Shown here: positions 42,306 through 55,751 of the stretch, piece by piece
How positions within the stretch are numbered: the stretch's first letter is position 1
Layout: each line of letters begins with the position of its first letter
Source of the DNA: Octopus sinensis
Lineage: Eukaryota
Direction of reading: 5' to 3'
DNA: 64,000 nucleotides
Assembly (NCBI RefSeq): GCF_006345805.1
Contig: NC_043001.1
Span: forward strand, 109,058,001 to 109,122,000
Program-made: the position numbers and the translations under genes
The notes under the pieces: model-generated
What the model saw: only the letters and a program-made list of their open reading frames with translations
Database searches by the model: none
What the model was told of the DNA's origin: nothing

Positions 42306-43122
42306 TTCAAGGTATATATGCACGTACGTACGTACGTACGTATGTATGTATGTATGTATGTATGTATGTATGTATGTATGTATGTATGTATGTATGTATG
42401 TATGTATGTATGTTTGTATGTATGTAATTTACATGTATTAAGCCAGAAAAATTTGCGATGTATTGAGTCTGCGATAGGTGAACCGCGATGTACTGAGTGC
42501 GTGATAGGTGAACTGCGATGTACTTAACGCGCGATAGGTGAACCATATGGCGATGGATTACTGTAGCTCCTTGTTGGAATAGTGGATACTTAAGCAATAA
42601 GTATCAGCATGTAAATTCTGGGTTAGTTTGCAAAAGCATTTTAGATGTGAAAAACCGAAAGCTGCCCGTATGACATTCGAAGAATTTCTTTGGTTAAACC
42701 GTTGAACGGCAGCATGTACAAGGGTTTTTCAATTCATCGTTTGCATACCATCATTTACAGCTTTACCTGGTTTCAGATCCACTGCTCTCCCAAAAGAACC
42801 CCTTTTGGTATTTATTCCAGTACTGCATGTACTAAGTTCAAATTCCGCCGGTATTATCTTTTCATTCATAAAAAGAGCGTATCGCTCAACCACCAGGCTG
42901 GTGATATCGCTTATCCTCGTTCTTTTAAAATCAGTAAGCTTGCAAACAATTAATCATCGGACGAAGTACTTTGCGATATTGCTTCACTTCTTTAATTTCT
43001 GTGTAAAAGACACACTGAGTTCAATTATTAGACGAATGTTGCCCCACATCGGTAACCTTCGTCTATTTCTTGAAAATGGGGTCTTACCCCAAAATACTAA
43101 ATACTAGGTAAGTGGATGGAAA

Positions 43123-43491
43123 ATGGAAGCACTCCGTCGGTTACGACGACGAGGGTTCCGGTTGATCCGATCAATGGAACAGCCTGCTCGTGAAATTAAC
43201 GTGTAAGTGGCTGAGCACTCCACAGACACGTGTACCCTTAACGTGTACCCGATATTCAGCGTGACACAGAGAGTGACAAAGCCGGCCCCTTTGAAATACA
43301 AGTACAACAGAAACAAGAAGTAAGAGAAAGTTGTGGTGAAAGAGTACAGCAGGGATCACCACCATCCCTGCCGGAGCCTCGTGGAGCTTTAGGTGTTTTC
43401 GCTCAATAAACACTCACAACGCCCGGTCTGGGAATCGAAACCGCGATCCTACGACCGCGATTCCGCTGCCCTAACCACTGGGCCATTGCGA
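43123..43491 (-). mobile_element. SINE family B, near full length
   Basis: Highly similar to 5086-5424 and 27057-27409. Confidence 0.9.
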
Positions 43492-44708
43492 CATATTTGT
43501 TTTCTTGTGATTTACCTTGCATTTACTTCGCATTGTTTTGGCCTTACCTACGATCCTTTATACAATATATTCTACACAATGCTTCACAGTAACTATTCCA
43601 GGATATTTGTTCGTTTCCGCATGCAACAAACGTCCACTGCTTAATAGTAGATTTTCGATTACCGCAGTATAATCTCCGCTGATTTCCATTTTTGAGCAGT
43701 AGCATTTCGTAAAAATTCTGAAAATGAAAATATATTACAATGCATAGAAATTAAAGTACTATAACAGGTTTTAACGTTCAACCTAACTTAAGTGTAGAGA
43801 TCATACTTAAAGGAAATATATATATGAAACGACCATAGAATCATATGATCAAATCAACTGGGGAAATTTTATGAAGCCTAAGAAAATTTACTTTATATAA
43901 TGTAACCGGTAAGATTTAGAGCAGGAAATTCTGAAATATTTACAACCGTAAAGGAACGATGACAATATATTTAAAAGGTATGATCAAGCTCAACGTTTTG
44001 TATCAATTTACAGTTGTAAAAATTTAAAGCTTGATAGTAATGTTACAACAGACGTTTGGAGAAGTTAAATGTTTAAACATGGAATATTAAGTGGAGACAC
44101 AAGAGAGTCAAGATATTGAAGGAATTTCATACTTTTATTTTTAATATTCTCAAGTTACAGCATTTTCACAAATACGAGCTAAATCTGCAGCAGAAAATGT
44201 CGTTTCAAAATACAAATTGTTAATGTTACAACAACAACATTTGCAGAGCTAAAAACCAGATAATCTACGATTTATTCAACACTTCCATTTCGTGACCTTT
44301 TAGACAATTTCCTTATTCCTTTGGTATGTGTTTGTAAGCATTTATATATATATATATATATATAGGTGCATACGTGGCTGTGTGGTAAGAAGGTTGCTTC
44401 CTAACGACATGGGACAGGGTTCAGTCCCACTGCGTGTACCTTGGAAACATGTGTTCTACTATAGCCTTGGGCCGACCAAGCCTTGTGACTTGATTGGCTA
44501 GATGGAAACTGACGAAGGCTCGTCGTATATAATATATATATATATATATATATAATATTAATTTATATATAGAGGGCATTATACATACATGCCAGAAGGC
44601 ATTATAAATACATGCCACACGCTAAGAGGGACAATTAGTCATTCATACCCAAAAATATTACTAATCCCACCGAATGCAATTTTTCAAAGTAAGACATTTA
44701 AAAAATAT

Positions 44709-44756
44709 AGACCTGTATCACAGTGATTTCATACTTACGTATTCATCAGCAGGCCT
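44709..44756 (-). ncRNA. Type I hammerhead ribozyme, intact canonical core and all three stems
   Basis: AGGCCUG-CUGAUGA-AUAC(GUAA)GUAU-GAAA-UCA(CUG)UGA-UA-CAGGUCU. Stem I 7 bp, stem II 4 bp with GNRA loop, stem III 4 bp, AUA triplet. Confidence 0.85.
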
Positions 44757-44966
44757 GAATGTATTATAAATAAACAACGACCCTGCCCGCTTAAGCCGAT
44801 CAGCTAACTGATCAACATCAACGAAGCACATGGGTGAGTTTACATATATTACATCCGGATAAATGGCAAACTTTTACGAATTGCATTTCGGGAGAGGAAA
44901 AGTTTTTCGGAATAAAGGTAGTTGTCCTTAATTGCTATATATATGTATATATATATATACACCCCC

Positions 44967-45029
<63 letters not shown>

Positions 45030-45197
45030 ATATATGTAAATATATATATATTAAACATTTATACATATATGTACATGCGTGCATACATATATAATATTAT
45101 AGAAGAAACAATTCTTATTATAAATACTTATATATTCGTACATAGACATTCATATTTATTGTGTTCATCCATGCATTCATACATCAATTGTTTTAGC

Positions 45198-45297
45198 NNN
45201 NNNNNNNNNNNNNNNNNNNNNNNNNNNNNNNNNNNNNNNNNNNNNNNNNNNNNNNNNNNNNNNNNNNNNNNNNNNNNNNNNNNNNNNNNNNNNNNNN
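45198..45297. other. Assembly gap (100 N)
   Basis: Run of exactly 100 n characters. Confidence 1.
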
Positions 45298-46320
45298 ACC
45301 ACCCAAAGTACGTATTTTCCCATTGTTTGATGCAGCTCTGAAGACCGTTTTGTAGAAGACCCCAGCTTGGTCCTCCAACCACGACGTGACTTCAGAAATC
45401 AAGGCTGCATCATCTGGGAAACGCCTTCCTTTCAAAAACAACTTCATGGCTGGAAAGAGGTGAAAATCAGAGGGTGCAGGTCAGGAGTGTAGGGGGATGG
45501 GGGATGAGTTCATAGCCGCACGCCTGTGCTTCTGATCTGGCGACACGCGAGTTGTTGATCGGAGCGTTGTCCTGCAGGAGAATGCCTTTGCTGATCTTGC
45601 CCCGCCTCTTGATTTTGATAGCTTCTCTTAATTTCCTCAAAAGTGAAGCATAATAGACTCCTGTAATTGTGGCACCCTTTGCCAGGAAATCTGTCATCAC
45701 TACTCCGTCCTGGTCCCAGAGGACTGTGAGCATGACCTTTCCAGCGGAGGGCTGCACCCTTGCCTTCTTTGGAGGGGGTGAGTCACGGTGCTTCCACTGC
45801 ATTGACTGGGCTTTGGTCTCTGGATCATAGTGATGGACCCAGGTTTCATCCTGTGTAATCAGTCTTTTGAAAAATTTTGACTCATCTTCTTGGCACATCT
45901 CCAAATTCATCCTCGCGCAATCGACGCGTTCTTGCTTCTGGAAAGGTGTGAGTAACCTGGGAATCCATCTGGCAGACACCTTTTGCATATGCAAATGGTC
46001 ATGAATGATAGTTTCCATAGACCCGGTACTAATCTTGACCTCATGGGCTATTTGGCGAATAGTTATGCGTCGATCTTCCAAAATGGCAGCCTCAACTTGA
46101 CGAACAGATGCCTCATCAATGGCAGAAGGGGGCAACCAGATTTGAGAGCTGTTTCCACAGAGTTCCGACCATGTTTGAATTCACGATGCCAGCGTTTTAC
46201 AAGGTCATATGATGGGGCATCATCACCATAAGTTACTTTCATTTCATCAAAAGTCTCCCGTGGTGTGCGTCCTTTCAAATACAAAAACCGCAAAACTGCT
46301 CGACACTCAACAGGCTCCGT
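45298..46320 (-). pseudogene. Mariner transposase pseudogene, D,D34D
   Basis: Likely start decayed to ACG at 46320 (xEPVECRAVLRFLYLKG..). Motifs WIPRLL, TQDETW, QDNAP and reconstructed HPPYTPDLAPSDFHLF; 34 residues between the last two Asp. Frameshifts near 46130, 45490, 45478 and 45350. Confidence 0.93.
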
Positions 46321-46453
46321 TTCACACTTGACTCAGTTCAAACACCTGTAAATCAGAAACCACAATTAGTTCAATAATTGCACATGCAAAATTTCAGCTA
46401 GATCAAACAACTGCAAGTGGGTCAGAGGCATTACTTATTGAACGCCCCTCGTA
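45298..46453 (-). mobile_element. Mariner DNA transposon (5' TIR present, 3' end lost in gap)
   Basis: Minus strand begins TA|CGAGGGGCGTTCAATAAGTAA (TA at 46452-46453), followed by transposase sequence. Confidence 0.92.
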
Positions 46454-46544
46454 CGTATTCTTGAGGTGAATTCGACATATAAACAAAAACTATATAAGTG
46501 AGAAAGGCGGAAGGAAGATTAAAAAAAAGAAACATATCGGATGT

Positions 46545-46613
46545 TTTGTTTAGGGAAAATAAAAATCAATAGAGGCATCTTGCAAGGGAAGTGCCTGTCC
46601 CCACTGATCTTTA

Positions 46614-46616
<3 letters not shown>
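46545..46616 (+). mobile_element. Short RT-domain fragment of an R2-group/Dong-like LINE
   Basis: CLGKIKINRGILQGKCLSPLIF resembles the RT motif I.RGI.QGD.LSPLLF. Confidence 0.55.
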
Positions 46617-46687
<71 letters not shown>

Positions 46688-46688
<1 letters not shown>

Positions 46689-46862
46689 TTACAGTTCTAT
46701 ATTTACATTGTGAGAAATTATTTACAGTATTTACATTTGATAGATATTTGTTCTCATCTTGTTAGCACAACGTTTTGGAGGAGATAGCCTCCAGCCTTCA
46801 TCAGGTGTCTTGGGGGAAATTTTGTATCTGGCTTCTCATTCCTAAGGTATTTTTCGATGTTA
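46688..46862 (-). mobile_element. Penelope-like pseudo-LTR (same family as 51090-51330), degenerate hammerhead
   Basis: Minus strand GACAC-CTGATGA-AGGCTGGAGG...AAAACGTTGTG; shares TTTACATTTGA..GATATTTGT.CTCATCTTG with the 51-kb copy. Confidence 0.65.
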
Positions 46863-46865
46863 TTA

Positions 46866-46903
<38 letters not shown>

Positions 46904-47158
46904 TTATTATTATTATTATTATTATTATTATGTTTGACTTTTGCTTTACATTTGTACAAGTTGGCTCCTAGTCCCACCCAGAGACCTCAAGAGACAACAA
47001 GTTGGAAGTTCATGTTGGTGTTATGCCTAGGGTGCCATATATTTGGTTTTGTACTTAGTGTTGTACTAGTGAATGTCTAAAAAACCATACGAAAATTGTT
47101 TGTTTTAAAACTTGATATTACCTAGAAAGTATTTTGCGTATTATTATTATTATTATTA

Positions 47159-47202
<44 letters not shown>

Positions 47203-47702
47203 GATGTGGTGGGAAAAGACGTTTTCCAGTTTGATCTTATTTATTGGATGATTACACAAATTAACTTAGAGTAATTTGGTGGAAATTTAGTGACTTCGAA
47301 ACACGTAGTTCTATTTCCAGTAATTGTTTGAAAGTGAGAGAAAAGTTTTGATTTCAACATATATTCTTGGTTTTTCTGGAAAGAAATTTCGACTGATTAA
47401 ATATTTCTCATGCCCCTTCATTTACCGAAGGAACAGATGAAGCTGATAATAAGAAAGACGATATTATTGTATAAGCGTTCACTAAAATGTTAAAGAACTA
47501 ATATTAAAAAAAAGTGTGACCAAAATGAGAAACCGATGCCAAAGAATAAATAAATAAATAAATGATTTATAAATAAAACAAAACACGATAAGAAAAAAAG
47601 AAATACGAGCAGATTCCGTGCAATGCGTCCGAACCCAAAACTGTGATGTTCCGAACGTTTTTCTGCTACACAGCCAAACACAACAATATATAATGTACAA
47701 AA

Positions 47703-48475
47703 GGCGACGAGCTGGTAGAATCGTTAGCACGCCGGGCGAAATGCCTAGCGGTATTACGCCTGCTGTTACGTTCTGAGTTCAAATTCCGCCGAGGTCGACT
47801 TTGCCTTTCATCCTTTCTGAGTCGATAAATAAAGTACCAGTTCCACACTGGGGTCGATATAATCGACTTAATCCTTTGTCTGTCCTTGTTTGTCCTCTCT
47901 GTGTTTAGCCCCTTGTGGGTAGTAAAGAAATAGGTATTTCGCCTGCCGCTACAGTTCTGAGTTCAATTCCGCCGAGGTCGATTTTGCTTTTCATCCTTTA
48001 GGGGTCGATTAAATAAGTACCAGTTATGCACTGGGGTCGATATAAGCGACTTAATCCGTTTGTCTGTCCTCGTTTGTCCTCTCTGTGTTTAACCCTTTGT
48101 GGGTAGCAAAGAAATAGGTATTTCGTTTGCACGTTACGTTCTGAGTTCAATTTCCGTCGAGGTCGGCTTTGTCTGTCATTCTTTCGGGGTCGATAAATTA
48201 AGTACTAGTTACACACTGGGGTCGATATAATCGACTTAATCCATTTGTCTGTCCTTGTTTGTCCTCTCTATATTTAGCCCCTTGTGGGTTGTAAAGAAAT
48301 AGGTATTTCCTCTGCCGCAACATTCTGAGTTCAAATTCCATCGAGGTTGACTTTGCCTTTCATCCTTTTGGGGTCAATATATAAAGTACCAGTTGCGTAC
48401 TGGGGTCGATCTAATCGATTAGCCCCCCCTCTCCAAAAATTTCGGTTCTTGTGCCTGGAGTAGAAAAGAATATAT
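47703..48475 (+). mobile_element. Four-unit tandem array of SINE family A inside a single 16-bp TSD
   Basis: Units start at 47703, 47933, 48117 and 48302; units 2-4 begin at internal GGTATTTC; AATATATAATGTACAA at 47685-47700 and 48469-48484. Confidence 0.9.
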
Positions 48476-48756
48476 AATGTACAAGTAAGGCGACGAGCTG
48501 GTGGAGTACTTAGCACGCTGGGCAAAAGGCTCAGCGGTATTTTGTTCGCCTTTACGTTCTGAATTTAAATTCTACCGAGGTAATTATGTTGATGATGATA
48601 CTTTCATGGGATTTCTAACAAAGCAGGATAATGTGAAAATGTCATGAGAGGGCAAATAGTGATGAAAGGAATCCGACAAACTCGGGTTGATTGATCGAAA
48701 TATAAATGAAACAATCGATTAGTTAATTGATTGATTGGAAACAATTTCGACAAAGA

Positions 48757-49034
48757 GGAGGAGTGGCCGTGTGGTAAGTAACTTGCTTACGAACGACATG
48801 GTTCCGGGTTCTGTCCCACTGCGTGACACGTTGGGCAAGTGTCTTCTACTATAGCCTCGGGCCGACCAAAGCCTTGTGAGTGGATTTGGTAGACGGAAAC
48901 TGAAAGCAGCCTGTCGTATATATGTATATATGTATATATGTATATATATATATATTAATATATATATATATCTATATATATATATATATATGTGGTGTAT
49001 GTGTGTGTGTATTATATATATATATATGCTATAT

Positions 49035-49101
<67 letters not shown>

Positions 49102-49315
49102 CTGTCTGTGTCCCCAACATCGCTTGACAAATGATGGTGGTGTGTTTACGTCCTCGTAACTTAGCGGTTCGGCAAAAGAGGCCAATAGAATAAGTACTAG
49201 GCTTACAAAGAATAAGTCCTGGGGGCGATTTTTTCGACTACAGGCGGTGCACCAGCATGGCCACAGTCAAATGACTGAAACAAGTAAAAGAGTAAAAAAG
49301 AAAAGATTAAAGAAT
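48757..49315 (+). mobile_element. SINE family C, full length
   Basis: Head, CORE-like TTGGGCAAGTGTCTTCTACT, central (TA)n, CR1-like tail. Confidence 0.9.
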
Positions 49316-51089
49316 GATAAAAAGGACTGAAATCGAACCAACGCGTGTGTCTTTCTATCATAACAATATTCTAAGATAAACCATCTGTTTGAACACACAT
49401 TTTCACATCGATACTTTGCAAATCAAATACAAATACAAAATATATACGCTATATATATATATTAAATGTACATATAATACATTTACATCTATTAAAATAT
49501 ATATGTATATATGTATATATATGTACATATATGTATATACATAGACCCATACATATACTTACAATATATATATAAATATGTTTATGTGGTGTGTATTTAT
49601 ATATATATATATATATATAATATATATATAATATATAATAATATATATTATAATTTTATAGAATGATACGCTCCTCCAACACCAAAACTTCGCAGCAATT
49701 TCAATTTTCCTATGAAGTTATTTTGTAATTGTATATAAATAATGGATTTCCATTTTCTTTGCAGACATCTCACCAGCTTGCGTCCAACATTTAGCACTTC
49801 TTTCTTTTCCATATTGTTTTACTCTGTTTAGTATAATCTCTGGAGATTCTCCGTATTTGCATTCTACTAATGAAAACATTTTGAATAGATGCCGTTTGAA
49901 TTCGTTGACATCACCAAATATGTACTCTTCACAGATTGTTGCAGTTCTTAATGTGTTTATTTACTCTGAGAGAATGTTTCCAAAGTTGGTTTTCTCTTTC
50001 GCTATTTTACAATCTTCGTTTAGTTGATTTATTTTGACGTGTAGTTAAATAGTATACATATTAATCTCGGAGGTTTTGTATGTAGGTGTAAGAACACGAA
50101 TCTTCAGACAATTTGGATCCTTTTGCTACACGGTTAACTTTTACGGTAAATTTTGTTTCGTTTACATTTTGGCCAGAATATTTGCTTTCTACTCTAGGCA
50201 CAAGGCCCGAAATTTGGTGGGAGAGAGCCTGTTGATTAGAACCACCCCAGTACGCAACTGGCACTTTATTTATCGACCCCGAAAGGATGAAAGGTAAAGT
50301 CGACCTCGGGGAGATTTGAACTCAGAACGTAAAGGCAGACGAAATACAGCTAAGCCTTTCGTCCGGCGTGCTAACATCTCTGCCACCTCACCGCCTTCTT
50401 AATAATCTTTTCTAATCTAGACACAAGGCCCGAGCTTTCAGGAGAAGCGGTAAGTCGATTACATCGGCCCCTGTGCTCACCTGGTACCTAATTTATCTAC
50501 CCCGAAAGAATGAAAGGCAAAAATCGACCTCGGTGGATTTGAACTCAAAACGTAAAGACGGACGAAATGTTGCTAAATATATTTTCTACTCTAGGCACAA
50601 GGCTTGAAATTTTGGGGGAAGGGGTCAGTGGATTAGATCGACTCAAGTACACAACTAGTACTTTATTTATCGACCCAGAAATGATGAAAAGCAAAGTCGA
50701 CTTCGACGGAATTTGAACTCAGAACGTAAAAATTTTTGGTCACGATATTTAACGTGAGAAGGGCGGCGAACCGGCAGAAATGTTAGCACCGCGGTATTTC
50801 GTTAGTCATTATGTTCTGAGTTCAAATTCTGCCGAAGTTGACTTTGCTTTTCATCGTCACAGGGTCGATAAAATAAGTACCAGTTGAGCATTATGATCGA
50901 TGCGATGGACTTTAACTCTCCCGCGATCTTGCTGGTCTCGTACAAAAATTTCAAGCTAACATTTAACATGAGACGTTGGCATGTTTTTCTAATCTACATC
51001 GCCGTACTTCTTACATTATATTATTAATCTACGAATGTGGAGGCGCAATGGCCCAGTGATTAGGGGCAGCGGCTTCGCGATTTCGATTC

Positions 51090-51330
51090 TTAGAAATGAG
51101 GAATTATTTACATTATTTACATTTGACGGATATTTGTCCTCATCTTGTTTGTTGTTCACACAATGTTTCCACTGATATACCCTCCAGCATTCATCAGGTT
51201 TCTTGGGGAAATTTCGAAACTGGGCTCTCATTCCTAAGGTATATTTCGATGAAGACTGGAGGGTATATCAACCGAAACTTTGAGTTAACAAATAAGATGA
51301 GGACAAATATCCGTCAAATGTAAATAATGT
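51090..51330. mobile_element. Inverted Penelope-like pseudo-LTR pair with degenerate hammerheads, adjoining a family-B SINE head (51037-51090)
   Basis: Arms 51110-51195 and 51248-51330 are near reverse complements; cores CTGATGA-ATGCTG..CAGTG-GAAAC and GATGA-AGACTG..CAACC-GAAAC. Confidence 0.7.
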
Positions 51331-52074
51331 TCTACGTTGAAGATGAACTCTTCTGTGTACCATTCCGTTTTACGTTCGCGATCAACGATCGTATACTTTT
51401 AATATATATCGTTACTGTTTAAGTACATTTTATATATTCCTTTCGTCGGGTCCCCTGCACTTTCTATTTTGACATCGATAATCACACTAACCATAAATGT
51501 AAATCATGTAGATTTTATTCAACAAGACGGTTTTAACGCTGACATTTACTTAAAATAGATTCTTGATGAGACGCAGGCTTTATTAACAAACATCGAGTAT
51601 AATGTAAAATATTCAATCTGTTGCACTTCATTATCGGGAACAATTACATACAATTGAGATGTATGATATACAATGTGATAGAGTAAACCCAATTGAAAAT
51701 ATTTTTTGCAAGCAATTGCGTTGTTCTATAATTTGAAGCTCATTACTGAATGTTCCGTTCAGAAGCATAAATGCACAATAGATCGATTAATCGAAACTCT
51801 GTATTCAAATACGTTTTTCTATATCTCTTTTGTCATCTGCATCACTAAAACAGATTTTTGGTTTTGATGTTAATATGCCTGGATTACTGCTTCGTACATT
51901 AAGATGGGAGTGGAGCAGGCATTAAACAGCAATTTATGGAGATGTAGAGTATTGTATGTTCGGCCTGGTAGATTGTGCTCTCCGTCACGCTTTATATACT
52001 GTTGCCTTCAAGTTTTTGCTGCTGAACTCAGTGTATTAAGGGTGGGTAGTCTAACTTTCGAGCGCCATTTCAAA

Positions 52075-52500
52075 CTGTCTGTCTCTGTCTGTATTGCAGC
52101 ATTCACCCGGGGTGGGTTGAGCTGGCTTCATTCATCTTCAATGCTGCATCTCTCACAAACGCCGACCAGGCCTGGCGATTTGAGGCTAACAACCGCGTGA
52201 TCTTCAACCACTCCTTATTCCAACGGCGAACGCCGTAGATATGGGGGCCTAGGTTGGGTTCCTGATCAGCCTTGACTGTCATCAGCCAGGTTTTTCGTTG
52301 TCCACCACATCGATTTCGCCAACCCTGAAGGGGAGCTGAGGCAATTGCTTAGTAGATGAATTCTCCTGGTTGACGACGGAGGGCATGACCCAGCCAACGC
52401 AGACGTCTCGTTAGGATGACTTGTCGGAAAGAGCTGATTTTGCACTGGTGTCTCATTGAATTGTTGGAGACAAAGTGATGCCATCGGCACTCATTCAAAG
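52075..52500 (-). mobile_element. RTE-clade LINE 3' fragment
   Basis: ILTRRLRWLGHALRRQPGEFIY*..QGWRNRCGGQRKTW..LASNRQAWSAFVRDA, the RRLRWLGH..R and GG.RKTW motifs of RTE ORF2; ends in AGAC(AG) repeats. Confidence 0.85.
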
Positions 52501-53075
52501 AATCTAATTTAATATTGCAAGGCATTTGTTTCACCTTTTTGAACTCTGTCTTTCTAAAATCTTCCGCAAGGAGTGAACACTTGAGGAGTTGCACGATTTG
52601 TTAGAAATAGCAGCCAAATCTCCTACAAATCACAGCCTACCGCGATAAATATGGAAACACCACTTTCAATAATGCACTCATATATTCTCATATAACGGCA
52701 TGGCACTGCTTTAATCATAATTCTGTTCGATCAGGAACGGCCGAGTGTTAAACAATATGGATTTCAAATTTTGGCACAAACCCAACAAGTTCGGCGGCGG
52801 AATAAATCGCTTATATCGATACCAGTGCTCAACCGGTAGTTATTTATCGATCCCGAATAAATGAAATGCAAAGTCAACCACGATTATCAACTTGTTAATA
52901 ATGGAGTGCTCGACTGAGTAATAGATTTAACTAAGGCCCGGATAGACAAGCGGCCGGTTTAACACTGGCCCTTTGCTATCGAGAGATATAAGTATAATCC
53001 ATCCACTTATGAGCATCCTCGCCAAGTCCCTGCTCTGTAAATTGCTCAATATCATTAAAAGACATATATATACGA

Positions 53076-53142
<67 letters not shown>

Positions 53143-53654
53143 CATTAAAATTACTGTCGAAATACACGTTCGAGACTTCCTTTTCCCTGTCAGTTTGGAT
53201 GCACTGCAATAAGCCTGGGTACGATACGTCATAGAATTCCCTTTAGTATATTAAGTTGAAACCAAAGAAAACAATAGGAAGACACCCTGATATCGATATT
53301 TTGCAGAATTTGCTGCATCGGTGTCGAGTACTCGCCCCACCCGGGAAACCATGTGTGTGTGTGTGTGTGTGTGTATGTGTGTAAGTGTGCCAGCATGTTT
53401 CTTTCGGTGTGCACGCGTGCGTCTGTAAGTCTATCAGAAAAAACAAGGCTATACATACCAAATACTTTATTCAGTACTCCAGAAAGTGGAGTGTATGAAT
53501 GTGTTTTTCAGTGTTAATTCTCTTTCAGTTCCAAGCGATCCATATGTGGTTACATATCACAAATCGTACAATCGTACAGCATATTGTATATACATGCCTA
53601 CAAACATACACGCATATATTTATGCATACATACATAAATACATACACATACATA

Positions 53655-53701
<47 letters not shown>

Positions 53702-53816
53702 CCATACAGACATATATATATATATATACACACAGACCTATATACATATACATATATATGCATTACATACATAGATATGTATTTACGTATACAAACATAG
53801 ACATATATACATATAC

Positions 53817-53871
<55 letters not shown>

Positions 53872-53922
53872 CATACATACATATATATACGTACATATAT
53901 ATACGTATACATACATACATAG

Positions 53923-53959
<37 letters not shown>

Positions 53960-53983
53960 ATATACATACACACATATATATGT

Positions 53984-54020
<37 letters not shown>

Positions 54021-54409
54021 CCACCCCCCTACACACGCACGTATATATATAACAATTAAGTCAACAACAGAACCTTTTTATTGTTTTGTGTCTATTTCCG
54101 TTCGTCGTCAGTTAAGAATCAATGTTAAACACTCGTAACATTATTTCTGCGGAAATAAGCGCATGCTTGGCAGGAAATAAATTGCTTTACATCTGGATGT
54201 AGGAAAAAAGAGGTTCCGCAATATACTTGGAGCCATTAATATATGTCGATGTTTCTATTTCTGCGTGAATTGAAAATAGAACAATTGTGAAATTCTTTAA
54301 AAGATCCGGCTTCTATGATGTTTAGGAAGACGATTTGGCTCTTTTATCGTATAATGGTATTCTAATGAGTTATACAATATAAATAATACGCATAATGATA
54401 TACATACTC

Positions 54410-54885
<476 letters not shown>

Positions 54886-55433
54886 ATAATATTATAGGTT
54901 CAAAACTTAGGCGGGGAGTTGAAAAATTGCTTAGCAGCATTTCGTCCGTGTTTACGTTCTGAGTTCAAAAGCTGCCGAGTTCTGCTTTGCTTTTCATCTT
55001 TTCGGGGTCGATAAAATAAGTACCAGTTGAGCACAGAGATCGATTTAATCGACTATTTCCTTCCCCCTAATTTGCTGACTTTGTTCCAAAACTAGAAAGC
55101 AATCTTATAGGTTAAAAATATGGTTTTTAAAGAAATTTATAGCTCTCCTTTCTTCTTTTTGTGAGTCTGTGTATGTGTATGTGTGTGTATGTGTGTGTGC
55201 GTAAGTGTGTGTGTGTGTGTGTGTGTGTGTATGTAACCACATATGTATCGTTGGCGATTTTTTCCCACCGTCTTCCTTTTCTCTTGGACTTTCCCCCGTC
55301 TCCTGTTTTTGACGAAGACATTTGCTCGAAACGTAAAACTACCTTTCTTTCCTACCCTAAGCGTCTGTTAACACTTTGCATGTTCCACGTCCTCGGGTTG
55401 TTTTTTCTTGTGTTTGTTCTTTTTTATTTACTA

Positions 55434-55520
<87 letters not shown>

Positions 55521-55521
55521 T

Positions 55522-55571
<50 letters not shown>

Positions 55572-55575
55572 ATCT

Positions 55576-55611
<36 letters not shown>

Positions 55612-55664
55612 TATATATATTTATATATATAATCAAAATAAGCAACAAGGATATCCAAGGTAGA

Positions 55665-55751
55665 GTAGTACAATTGTTTCATGCTACTTCATCTTATTAA
55701 ACACTGTAAGTATTACATCAGTTTTGAAAATGTCGAGCAATCTTCAGCCAC
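55665..55751 (-). ncRNA. Type I hammerhead ribozyme, intact core, long loop II, in a Penelope-like pseudo-LTR
   Basis: GUGG-CUGAAGA-UUGCU..(~50 nt)..AGCAU-GAAA-CAAUUG-UA-CUAC. Palindromic stem III ACAAUUGU, GUA triplet, U.U mismatch at 10.1/11.1. Confidence 0.6.

Larger units (their letters stand above)
41842..42565. mobile_element. Tigger/pogo-like MITE with TA TSD, carrying nested insertions
   Basis: TA|CAGTAATTCCTCG at 41842 and CGATGGATTACTG|TA at 42565; three 30-bp subterminal repeats GCGATGTA..GATAGGTGAAC(C/T) at 42455-42544. Confidence 0.8.

Noticed and set aside
47703-48475. Regular ~184-bp repeats as a CRISPR-like array
   Set aside because: Whole units are homologous with no unique spacers; they are SINE units in eukaryotic DNA and no cas genes are present.
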